Below are positions 37,986-49,900 of a stretch of DNA of 64,000 nt, one piece after another. The notes under the pieces were generated by a model. The model was not told the DNA's origin, did no database searches, and worked only from the letters and a program-made list of their open reading frames with translations. The stretch lies in the NCBI GenBank assembly GCA_002633005.1, contig NMRA01000231.1, forward strand, positions 252,082-316,081, given 5' to 3'. Positions within the stretch are counted from its first letter, which is position 1; every line of letters begins with the position of its first letter. The stretch is from Phoronis australis (taxonomy: Eukaryota; Animalia; Phoronida). A program made the translations under genes and the position numbers.

Positions 37986-40900
37986 ATGAACAAAACACCC
38001 AACAACACCGAAGAATATGTAGCACAAATCGTCCAACAACAACAGCAGATACTTCTCCAGCAACAGGTACTTTTGTCTACGGTCTGGTTACCTTTCTACC
38101 GTGCATCTGTTGAGTAATCTGTACACTCGTGCATTTTAAACGTTTAGAAGTTGCCGCTAACGCAACGCCAACTGTAGTCAGCAAGCTAGCTGTATGTAGA
38201 GTTAGACTATCGTCAAACTACAGCTAAGAACCACTGTGTGTTAAGCTCCGATAGAGGTATAAGCTCCACCCAGCCTGGGTAGTTCTGCTCGTCACCTCAT
38301 CATGAAACTAATATCAACATGTGACCTTTGTCATTTGATCATTTGTGGGATTATTCTAAAACCCACTAAACCCTCTCGACCCCCATACTCCACGACCCCC
38401 TTGACCCACGACGCTGTCAGCGCTTTTTACACATTTTATAATCACATTACATCACTGAATGTCTTTTCCATAAGACTTGCCTAGAACCGAATCTGCTCTG
38501 CTCAAGTCTTGTGTAAAAACAGAAATTGATGTAAAAACATAATCTGAAATAGCGGATTGTAAACGTGTTGTCGTTGTCATGGAAATAGTTCCATGAGCGC
38601 CTACCAATGGTCACGTTCTACTAAACTTAGGGAGAGAGTATGTTAATGTGAATGCACATAATTTCACATTTTTATTATTTGCTTTCTGTTGTATACTCGT
38701 GTAATGGGGGCGATATCTACGACCAAGGTGCCCCGATTTTACGAGCCCGGTGCGGACTGAGGGTGATATTGAAAACTTATAGTTGGTGAAGAGTACATAG
38801 GTTTATTGGAAGAAGATACAAATACAATGTTTCACACTTACAAGCAATCCAGTAGTTCCATGATCTAGTATCACAGCTTTTTGATTTATACAGTTCTGAT
38901 ACACGTGCAGGCCAGTCGCTGATTAATAGTTGTATGTGTAAGAACGGAGGCAATTTAGTTATTCAGATCCGAAAGGTGAGGGCACTCCTGCTACACTCGT
39001 TTACAATATACTTCGTGTCACTTTGAGATACTCTTTTAGCTTACAGTTTGTCTTTTTAAACTGTATAATTTAGTAATTACATATTCGTCGGATCCTTGCA
39101 CTTTCCCAAAAAGCTTGAATCTGATATTTACTGAAGAGCAGATGAGACGTTTACACTTTGCAGGTAATGACATTTATAACGTTGGTAAGTCTTTGATTTG
39201 ATTTGGTCATGTTGTTTATTTCTGTTTTCGGCTTTCAAACTTGCCAAATTCTTTTAATTGCAAAAAAAACAGGGCAAGGCCAGCCATGCTCGCGGCTGAC
39301 TCGTTGGTCCTGCAAGTCAGCTTGTTCTATGTAATGTTCAAATCGTGTCGAGCTTGTGTAGACTGGGTCGAGAGGGTTGTGACTCATGGGAGTCATGGGT
39401 GTGAAAGTCGAGGGGGTTTTAGAACAATCCCAACATTTGAAGCTAACGTTGACAGTGGACACAAAATCTGGGAGTCAGCCCGAAACTCACCTTGCCCGTT
39501 GCAGTCGTTTAAGTGAAAAACAATCTAACAAACATCACGTTCTTTCACAATTCTCCGTCTTTTGTAGCAAAGAAAAATCCATCGTGGTTTTGAAAACAAA
39601 GTGCTCATGACGCACGCACGGGCCATTTCCAATTTTTTGTGACATTTCTTGGTAGATGTTGGCAGCTTCGTAACAGCAAAATTTGTTCTGAAATCCAGTT
39701 TCCTGTTATTAAAATACTGAAAACCTATAACCAGTTCTGATAGTTTTTTGAGACATGTACCTATTATGTAACTTTGTAGAAGAAGAACAAGTGAAATTGG
39801 CCAATAGGCGATGCTATATTTCATTGTGCCGATGTCCATTGCATAAGATCACCCCACAACACCGGTAAATAATTTAGTTTACTGAAGGAAGAATAGATTT
39901 TTAATTACACCAATTTTGTGTCAGATATTATTTAGCCATTTCCACCCACATCAGCTCAAAGCTGTATACTGTATTCGCCCTAATTGGAATTGGTGGTGAC
40001 TGGCGATAGGAAATTTTTCCTGCAACCAAAAAGTTCACTCACTCAGAAAGCACATGCACTTTTCCCGTCGGGTGAGTTAGGCCCCTGACATGCTTAGTAA
40101 GTCTGAATTATTAATTAAATTTAAATTTCAGTGGAATTTTCTTCCTTATTAGAAGTTCCAGCGCTTTGTATGCAATAACGAGCCATGGGTTAGGATTTTG
40201 ATAATACTGCATCCAAAATGTGTTTCCCAATTTCTCGGGCCGTCCATTTCAGAAGTTGCCAATTTCAGCTAACTGTATCAAACTCAAGCGCAAATCACCT
40301 TAAAAAAAGATACTAACAAGTGCAGGAATTGTACTCGTCTTTGATGTTAGTTCATATGTGATGAGCCTTTATTTTGGCCTAATCTCTAAAGTCTGTCTTG
40401 TTTTCAGGCGTCCAGTGGCCATCCTCCTGTGAGTGACGAGCAGTGGGCAGGTGCTGCCTATGATGTGTTAGTGAAGGAGGGTAAGGCACTTCATGTTAAT
40501 GACATTGCCCGCAAGATCGTTGACTCTGGCTTGGTCAAGGGTGGGTGAGTGGATACCTTCATTCAAGTACTTTATACTTGCGGAATTGCCACAGTGACAT
40601 TATAGGCAATAGGCATTTACAGGGGTCTCTCACTTTGAGAACCAGTTTGATGTAAACCCTGTTATTCACTAGGCTTAGGTAACCAATACTCTCTTTTCAG
40701 TGGAGACAACTGGTTCTTAAAATGGAGGCCTCTCCACGGTAGTGTAAAATCTCACCAACTTGGACTAAATAATTGCCAAGATTGCCATTCTTTCATTTTT
40801 CAAGTGTTCAACTGCAGCTGTTGTGAAAGTCTACAATTTCTCAAAATATCACTAGTGTGATACACAACCTGAATGTGGAAAAGCATTAATCCGACTTGTG

Positions 40901-43900
40901 CTTCATGACTTTCATGGAAGAATGAGGAAGTCACATTGTTTCCTGAATTGTGTGAAAGTTGAAGGTTTTGGATCACAAGTTTGCATCACTCTGTTAGTTA
41001 CTTAGATACCATATTCGATCTTTTTATAGCAACTTAAGTGTGAAAGATTTTTTATAAGTATGATTTGTAATCTAGAGCATGCCTTGTCAGCAACGTGTTC
41101 AATTCGTTAACAAGACTAGACAAGTTTTGCCTATGCAAAAAAGATTTGAAGAGAGCAGATCCAGATCATTGCTTGGTTTACAGACAGGAAGGCTATCTTT
41201 CGAGCAACATAGTATTTTATTGTGTGGTATTCTTGTTTTTCAAAATGGATGTAATGACCGACATTTTACAGAATGAGTGACCTTACCTACAAATTTATTT
41301 CTTTTGCATTTTTAGCGCAAGAAGTGTCCTTGATCAGATATTATTAAAAGAGGTAAGATTAAGTTAAAATCTACAGTTTTTTGCATATCTGGCTCATCAC
41401 TCAGCCTAGTCATTGAGGTCCTACATAACCTTGACAGTCTTGGTGTTCTGCCGGTGTATGGTCAATGCACAATTGGTGACCTGCAGCTCATCAAAGCAAA
41501 CTCAGATTTTGTTTGGCGACCTAATAAAAATTCCTAGTTGCCACGAAGCTGCCGCATTCTTGCTAGTTGCATCCAAATCAGAAGAAGTGGTGACCTTCAT
41601 AGATCTGGTCACATGCTCAAACTTTTTCAAAAAGAAAATAGACAGGATTTGGAGTTGTTCAGCAAAAACAGCAGGAACCACAAAAAATGACGCCAAGGCA
41701 ATTTTGGGTGTCGCAGCAGGCATTTTTCATCATTTCAATTTGTTTGCCTCTCTGTTTGTCTTCTCCACCTTTCATATGTATTCTATTTTGTTTCCTGCTA
41801 GATTAACTCAGGTTCCACCAGATTTAAGAAGCTTGAGAATAACTTCTTCAAAGCAGCCGGTCGGGATGTCACCTCACAGGTACACAATTGTCAGTCAGTG
41901 ATTGTCTTGTTTTTCAGTTCCTGACTACAAACATTAAAAATTCACTCATTTTGATTTTCCTCTGTGTTGGCCTGCCAATGAGACAACCTGAATAATTATT
42001 TAGCTTAGACAAAATTACTGTCGCCTAAGTTATGTTTTTTCTTGTAAAATTTTACAATTTCCATTTTTTTCAACTCCTTCACATTTTACTGCCATCGATA
42101 AGATTTCAGAAATCTTGCAGTCAATGACTGATTAATATAGAAGTTGTTGTCTCTAAACTGTGAGTTTTGACAAGGAATCTCTTTTATTCAGTTTTAGTGT
42201 TTGCAAGTGTTCAATTGTTTCCATGTTTGTCATGAGATTTTATTTTCTTTTTAGCCCAAGCCTTTGCCGGAAACCCCCTCTGCCACAGTTAGGCCACCCG
42301 CAAGTAGTCAGCCATCTGTGTCTGCAAGACACCAGTCTTCTTCCTTGAGTACCACTCAACCTACTCATACTCGACTTCCAACTTCTGTTCAGAAACCTAT
42401 CACTGTCAGCCAGCATTTAGCTGCCGCTGCCAAACAGCAGCAACAGCAACTGCAACAGCAGCAATTACAACAGCAGCAACAGCAGCAGCAGCAGTTACAG
42501 CAACAACAAAAATTACAGCAACAGCAGTTGCAACAACAGCAGCAACAGCTGCAACAGCAGCAGCAACAACAGTTACATCAGCAATTGCAGCAACAACAAT
42601 TGCAGCAGCAGCAGCAGCAACAACAGTTACAGCAACAACAATTGCAGCAACAACAATTACAGCAACAGCTGCAGCAGCAGCAACTAAAAACTAAGCAGCA
42701 AGTTGACCTCCGACCTCGCGGGATCAACCAAAGGCCTGGCGTGCAGCAGAGTATTCCTGGTGCACAGCTAGTAGGAGGAACTGTTCACTTCAGTGTGTCT
42801 GATGCTGCACTTCAGCAGCAGAAGCAGTTGGCCATGCTGCAGCAGCAAATTGCTGGGGCACCTCAGCGGATGTCCAATGTGCGTCAGGTTATACCCATGT
42901 CAGGTGTGACTCAGATGCAAGGTGCCGTGCCAGCGCGAGCCCCTGTCAGTGCCCCTCTTCAACAGGGAAAGAGTGGGCATCCTGTCCGTGGTGTAGTCCC
43001 TTCTCTTCCCCAACAGCAAGTTACATTATCCACTTCTGCTCATCACCAGATTAGAGAAAGTGGCCCAGTTGCTCAACAAGCTTCATTGACATCAACACAG
43101 GTATTGGCCACGCCCTCTCAGGCCAGTCATGTTAAAGCTCCTCCCCCTTACCCTTCGTCTGACAGTCAACAGGAAGCCATGTCATCCAATCAGCCATCTG
43201 TGTCAGCATCCATACCCGTTGGCCAATCAGTAGCCAAGTCTGGTACTAACAACTCCACCTATAGACAGAAGTACAGGAGGCTGAAGAAGGTTGTCAAGTA
43301 CATGTTGTTTGTAAGTTAAAGGATGTGTTAAAGGTCCTGCCAAGGTCTCAATTAAGATGCTTCTGAATTCAAGGTGACTGCAATGCCAAGTTGTAAGATT
43401 GTTAAAGGTGAACACCATAAATCGATAGAACTTCAGTGTTACCGCCTTTTGTAGTTCTCGGTCTTATATTCAGCTTTACAAACAACTTTGTTCAGTAATT
43501 TATCCTTGTACACAACTGCTGGTGACCTTAGCACGTTGCATGAAGTCTTTGAGGAATGACAAGTTTATTGTGATTCACTACACATCTTCTTTTTGTTCCA
43601 CTCAACAGTTGAATTAGTGGCTGATTGATATGATGTTGGACAATGATTGCTGGTATCATAATGAAACAATTGATAATTTGCTGAGATTGTTTTTGTTTGT
43701 AGGTACTTTTTCTTTCTATAAAAGTAGTAGTCTGTTTAGTTCAAACAATTTTCCCTTTCACTCTAGGCTTTGGATGGTATTTATTCTCTAGTTTGCGTGC
43801 TTAAGTTAAAAAACGGAACTAAGCCACATGATACTCAAGTCAATTTCAGCTGACTATAGAGATTATATCTCATTCTGTAAAAGATATTTGCCATGTCCAA

Positions 43901-46900
43901 TGCTTTGGGTGTGGGTGGGTGGGGTGAGGGTATTTAGAGTCTAATGGTTACTGTGGGTGTGGGTGGGGGGGTGAGGGTATTTAGAGTCTAATGGTTACTG
44001 TGGGTGTAGGTGGGGGGAGGGTATTTAGAGTCTAATGGTTACTGTGGGTGCCTTATTCATCATTACACTATTATAGTGGATAGAAATACGGTGCCAAAAA
44101 TTCACAATTTTGTTTTTTAAATGATAGTGACACTAAATCTGTGATTTCTATCAAAAAGTCAAGTTTTGATTTTTGTCATTTAATGTAAGTAATTGTGTTG
44201 TCTTATCCGTTATTCAGTTGAGATCTCTAGACTAGGGAAGAACTCAGAGCTTGATATTTACACACTGCTCATGAAGCACTTATGAGCTTGGTTTGAAGAA
44301 TTTAAGAATTGACAGATCTTTCAACTCAAAGCTCTGAAATCGCCTCCAATTTGTCTGTCTAAGGAACAATTTGAGGCCAGTTTCATGACAGTAAGTGCTG
44401 TAGACTTAAAGTTGGTCTCTGTAGTGGGAGGCAGGTGTATAGCCGATTTGAGCTTCCTCTTGACACACACGCACACTCCACAATGGAATATTGAACTCGA
44501 AATTCACTGGTTGGCGCAAGTGCAGCAATGGCCCTTGCCACTGAAATACTTGCAGTCTGGTAGTCATGTGGGACCCTTGTCTTCAGAATTCCCCAATGCT
44601 AATGAAGTACTTTCAGCTCTCTTTCCCTTCAGGTGTTAAAAAGATTAAATCTAAATTAATACCATCTAGTGATTATCCATTGCCCCCAGTACTATGGAGT
44701 TGAGTCAAATTCTCCGCATTTCAGAATAACGCAGCTCTTTGTGATGAAGCGGCTCAGACCCAAGAGAAACTTGTCCGAGCTATGGACGAGAGGAGGTATG
44801 TCAACTGTTTCCAAGATTTACCGAAAAGTTCCATGGTATATGTAATGGTAATTGGCTATCTTCGTTAAATGTCTGTAATAACTTTTAAGCACTAATCTAT
44901 TAATTGTGGACCTTAGCTACAAGTCCTTGATGGTCACACAATAGTGTATTGTGCAAAAATATTTCTGAATTGTTCACAACCATTTGTCAAAGTTTTTCGA
45001 AAATATCTAATTTTTCACTGAGATCATCTAACAAAACTATCCGTTTCTTTTTTCCTTTACGTACTAAAGCGTGTCTGGGATTTTGGGATTTTCTTTAGTA
45101 GTGAGATTTCTGTGGTCAAAAATGAAGGTGTCAATCCTTAAAAGTGGAATTCTTGAAGTAAAAGGCCTCAATAGAGAAACCCAGACACACTAATCTTTTG
45201 AATCTAATAAAGTAATAAAAAATGAAACATTTAAGTTTTTGGAAAATATAGCAATCTGTGGAAAACTCATGTTTTTTGAGAACTACTGCAGTCACGAGGC
45301 TCCGTACATCGGGGCTATGTTTTCGTACACCGGATAGATTGTGCGATCATCTAGGATTATATCTTGATGGGTTTATTCGTATTGGTTAATTGAGTTCTAT
45401 AGAATGGTAATCATTGATAATTAATAAAGTCTACCTCAAGTTTTGTTAAATTTCCCCACTTAATTCAAAATTTAGAAAATTTTAGCATATAACTGGCACA
45501 GTTTGCTGTTTGTACTGTCACAAAACAATATTTGGTAAGGTTTTCATATTTGGTAGCATGCTGACTAGATTTTGAAAATTGGAAACGTGACAGTTATGTC
45601 AATTACTTTGTGCAAAATAAGTGGAGAATTACTGTACGTCATCGTGTATTTACTTGAAATAAGATTTTTGTAAGTTCTAGAAATGCTTGAAACTTTCACA
45701 ATTTTTTGGTTTGAGGAGACCTTGAAATTAAGTTTCCAAACATTGCGAAAAAGTTGTTTTTGTGTCCAAAACATGGTTTGGGTCAACTTTAATAATAAAT
45801 TGATCTCAGATATGTATGTTTTCAACAATTTGATATTCTTTGATTTGAACGCATAAAAAGAAAAAAATTGTTACTGGTTATTATTTATTCTACTTCTTGT
45901 TCTCTTTGTCGTATATGTTATAAGTATTCTAAATAGTAAGAGCCAAAAGTAATGCGATGATAAAATTTCCTGGAATTGTCTGTTGGAACAGCTGAGTGCA
46001 AGCAAAGTTGCAGTGTTTGTATTTAGAATGATGAGTTCAGATGCGAAATTAAAAAGACTTCTATCGGTTTATTTGTGGCACACACTGTATCTGATTGTTT
46101 TAACCCGACTCCAAGTTAAGCAACGAACATTTTTTCCTGAGCGTAAGTTTACAATTTTGAAAGTTATGAACTGGCATAGTATTTTACATTATAGTATGTT
46201 AAAGCATTACAAGATGTCACTCACTTATCAAGTTGAACATCTCATTCTTGTCATATGATTGGTTACCGTGGCAACTTTACATTCTGATAAGGTACCTACT
46301 GAAGAAGTTGTTCCAGCACCAATCACTATCTGATGCTGCTAGCATTGCTGCTAAGCAACACGTCCGTCTGCTTCAGCAGAATCAGCCAATGAGAACGGAG
46401 GGTGCCCTGGCATTGGACAAGGCTAAAAAGAGGACTGGCAAGAAACGCATCAGTAAAGAGATCATTGGTAATCTTTGATTGGCTACTTTTTGAAATTATT
46501 CATTGCCACACTTGTTATGTACCTATTGGTATCATCTCCATCTGGTGTCCGTTGTCCAGCTATCTATTGGGTGTCAACAACAGTCTCTGCAAAACCCCAT
46601 GTAGGATCTTTGTAAAGTTTGTCAGGTGTATTACTATGAACGTGGCATTGCATGAGCATGATTTTTGGACTAGTGCGGCTACTGTTGTACCACCTAGTGT
46701 CAATTTTAAAGGTTTTTATTGCATTTGCACTGCCAATTATTTCTGCCAAGTCCCTGGATGTATCGTTGCAAAACTTAGCAGATATGTTTGCCTGGTGGAG
46801 GTTGGTTGACGCACTGCTTCTGGTTCTCAGTTATGATGTGCAGTTCTTACTGATAATTTTAGTATTTTGGTTTTTTTTTTTCTTTTGTCTGCCTCACTGT

Positions 46901-49900
46901 CTGTCAAAACAGTTTAAACATTTGTTATTTAAGTTCAAGTATGTGTTTCTGTTGCTCAGGGCCTGACAGTTTTTTGGCATCCTCATTGTTTCCAATGTGA
47001 AGAACTGATTAGTACCCCTTTGTATTTTTGACTCAAATTTTGGACTAAAATAATTGTCAAAATTAACCTTTTTTGATTTTGATTGTCTTCTGAAATTTTT
47101 TGAATTGTTCTCTGATGGTAGCCTTGGTAATGAAATTTGATTACAGCAAAGCATTAGCTTAGTGCTACATGACTTATAAAAAATGAGAAAGATTTTCACA
47201 TGTTACCTTACTGTGTCCTTAATTGGTGAGATTTTGCTGTTACTTATAGGAAGTCTTCCCATATGGTCTGTATGTTACATTTGAATCAGCAATATTTTCT
47301 AGCAAAGATCTCTGTTTCAGTTGATGGCAAAGCCAAGGTTAAAAAATCTCTCAGTAGCATCCCTGGGAGGAAGTTGGTTATGCCCATACCTCTAGATTCT
47401 GCTGGTCGACCAATGTTCCCTGTGGAGTTGGGTGAGCTGACTATATATAGTGTAGGGGAGGTAAGATTTACTTGACTGTCTTTTACAGTGTAGACAATCT
47501 TCCTCCCTCAACAGTTGCTCAGGTTTTCTCATTATTAGGGTTCCGTTCTCACAAGGTGCATTTTTTCTTGTGCACCACCACTGTGTTCTTTTCTCATGTT
47601 GTTGAGAAAAGATTTGCCTTGCGGGAGAAAAGAAATTCAGCTGGAGAGAAAGAATATGAGTTCGCGAGAGAGGTATGCTGTAACTGAGAAGACTGGCTCT
47701 TGTTACCTATGAGGAAGGAAGGTTATCTAGTCAACCTTGTTTTATGAATGTAAATCAAATGCCTAAGATTTCAGTCCAGTTTAATGTGTTGTCTGTTTCG
47801 TGATAAATAACTTAAGGGAGTTTTACGCAGTTCGTATTTTCATTGTTATTTTATATTTTATATTCTTATCTTTGTGTACTACAAGTTTGCCAAAGATTTG
47901 GAGGTTACCAATTGAAATTAGTTTATCTATTATAGCTGCCCAAATAGAGGCGTCTCTGACAAAAAATGTGAACATTATGTGGATTACTGAAAAGCACCTC
48001 TATTTATTAATGGTTGAAATTCATTTGTTTGAACCAATTTCTTTGTATGATCATGTCGTTATTGATTTTCTTATGCCAGTGTCTATAAATTAGTTTTTGT
48101 ATGGATGTTGAATACCTCAAATTTTTGGATTTTGAATTTTACACAAAAAGTTACAATCTATGTTTTATTTTGATGCCAACCACATTTTCTGTGAAATAAT
48201 GAAAAACAAGGGGAACAATTTGACTTGCAATAAGTATAGAAGTGATGTATTTTTAGACAAAAGTCTTGAAGTGCCCCCTCACCCTTGTCCAGTGCCATGT
48301 GTCCAGTCATGAAGGTGCTATTTGAAAGCCTCCAATTATCTATTATGTGTTGCCTAATCACTGGTAGTTTTAATCATGTCATACCTCGTGGTGAATATTT
48401 TTGGAAGTTTTGCCCGTTTTAATAATTCATATTGAAGCCCATAATGCACTCTGATTTGAGCGTAAATTGAAGACCATAATTAATAATAAGTTTTTAATTC
48501 CATAATGTTTTCCAGATTGTAAGTGATGAACCAGCCTTTCATAATACTGATGTCATCTTTCCCGAGGGCTACTGCAGTACACGAGTGTATGCTAGTGTCA
48601 TGTATCCTGACCAAAAGTGTCTGTACACCTGCAAAATTACAGGTGATAGCTCAGAACCTCAGGTGAGTTACCTGTAACAAATGTCTGAGTGTGCAAATAT
48701 TGAGTATACAACAACTACTATGGATTGTATTAATTTTTCTGTGGGCTTGATTACTCTTTCCAACACTTTGTTAAATAGAATTCTTCAGTTGGCCTATAGG
48801 GATCGCCTTTTCAAATACTGGTTTTGTCCTTTGTCTCCAAAAGATCTACCCAGATTCTACTCACAGTGATTTTAGCTGTGTTGTTGCGAAGATTTACCAT
48901 ATTCGCCCTAATAACCAGCCATGCCCCTGTAAGCACCCCAAATGCGTTTTCAGACTTTGCTAAAATAAACGCCCAGCCCATGAACGTGTACGTGCAAAAA
49001 ATGCCTTACCTACAGTTCTAAAATTCTATTAACGTCTTCAATTTATCAATAATATCCGACAGTGCTGAAAAAAATGATTTTGCACAGAATTTGTAAACCA
49101 CGAGCCTCGCTGCTATGTCGGTATTTAGCCGTGACTATACACTTCAAACTTTTGCCGTGCCTCAAAACGAACTCAGAAGCTTTGCTGATCCTGTAAGGAA
49201 TATGTCCCACTATGGGCTGGCCTTTCAGAACGGGATTGTGTTAGATATTTCCCACCCTCAACAGGAATTTCTTTGTACACGTGAAAACCGCGAATCATTC
49301 GAAGACTAATAAAACATATTTGATCAGTGTTAAAAGCACGTGACCAGGAAGTGCGTGCTACATACATGTAGCTGTCATCAAAGACATTAGTGGGAACTAT
49401 CTATTCATGAAACGGGTAGCATAGCATCGGCAAGAAATGAAAATTGGAATTAGTTTCCGACTGTTTCGAATACTAATAAAAATGTTTGGCTTTGCGTTAT
49501 TTTTAAAAGGGATTGTTTGATAAATTGTAATGGGTGTTTTGAAGCCAAATATCTGATAAAATGACCACTGACAGTGAATGCTTACACACCCTTACACCGA
49601 AAAATAACTGTCAGATAGTCAGGTACACGTCCAGCCACACGGCAACTAATATGGGCCTTGCCGAGACAAATGTGGAACGTTTTTAACACAAGACTCACAC
49701 ACGCAGACAAACTTCAAGACAAATGTCATGTGACAACAACATGTGTGTTCGTCCAGAGATTTTTCTCGTGTTGCCAATCATAGATGGCACGATGTAGAAC
49801 AGATTTGTACTTAACCTGCCGTTAATCCTGACTCAACGGGAACTTAAAAGACTTAGAGACGCTATTTGGAAAACTTAAGGAGGATTTCAGGTAATTTGCT

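Noticed and set aside
38630-39000. Possible Crypton-like non-autonomous repeat
   Set aside because: Only vague motif resemblance; termini could not be defined.
41413-41901. 162-aa ORF
   Set aside because: Mostly intronic and out of frame with the real exon at 41802-41879.
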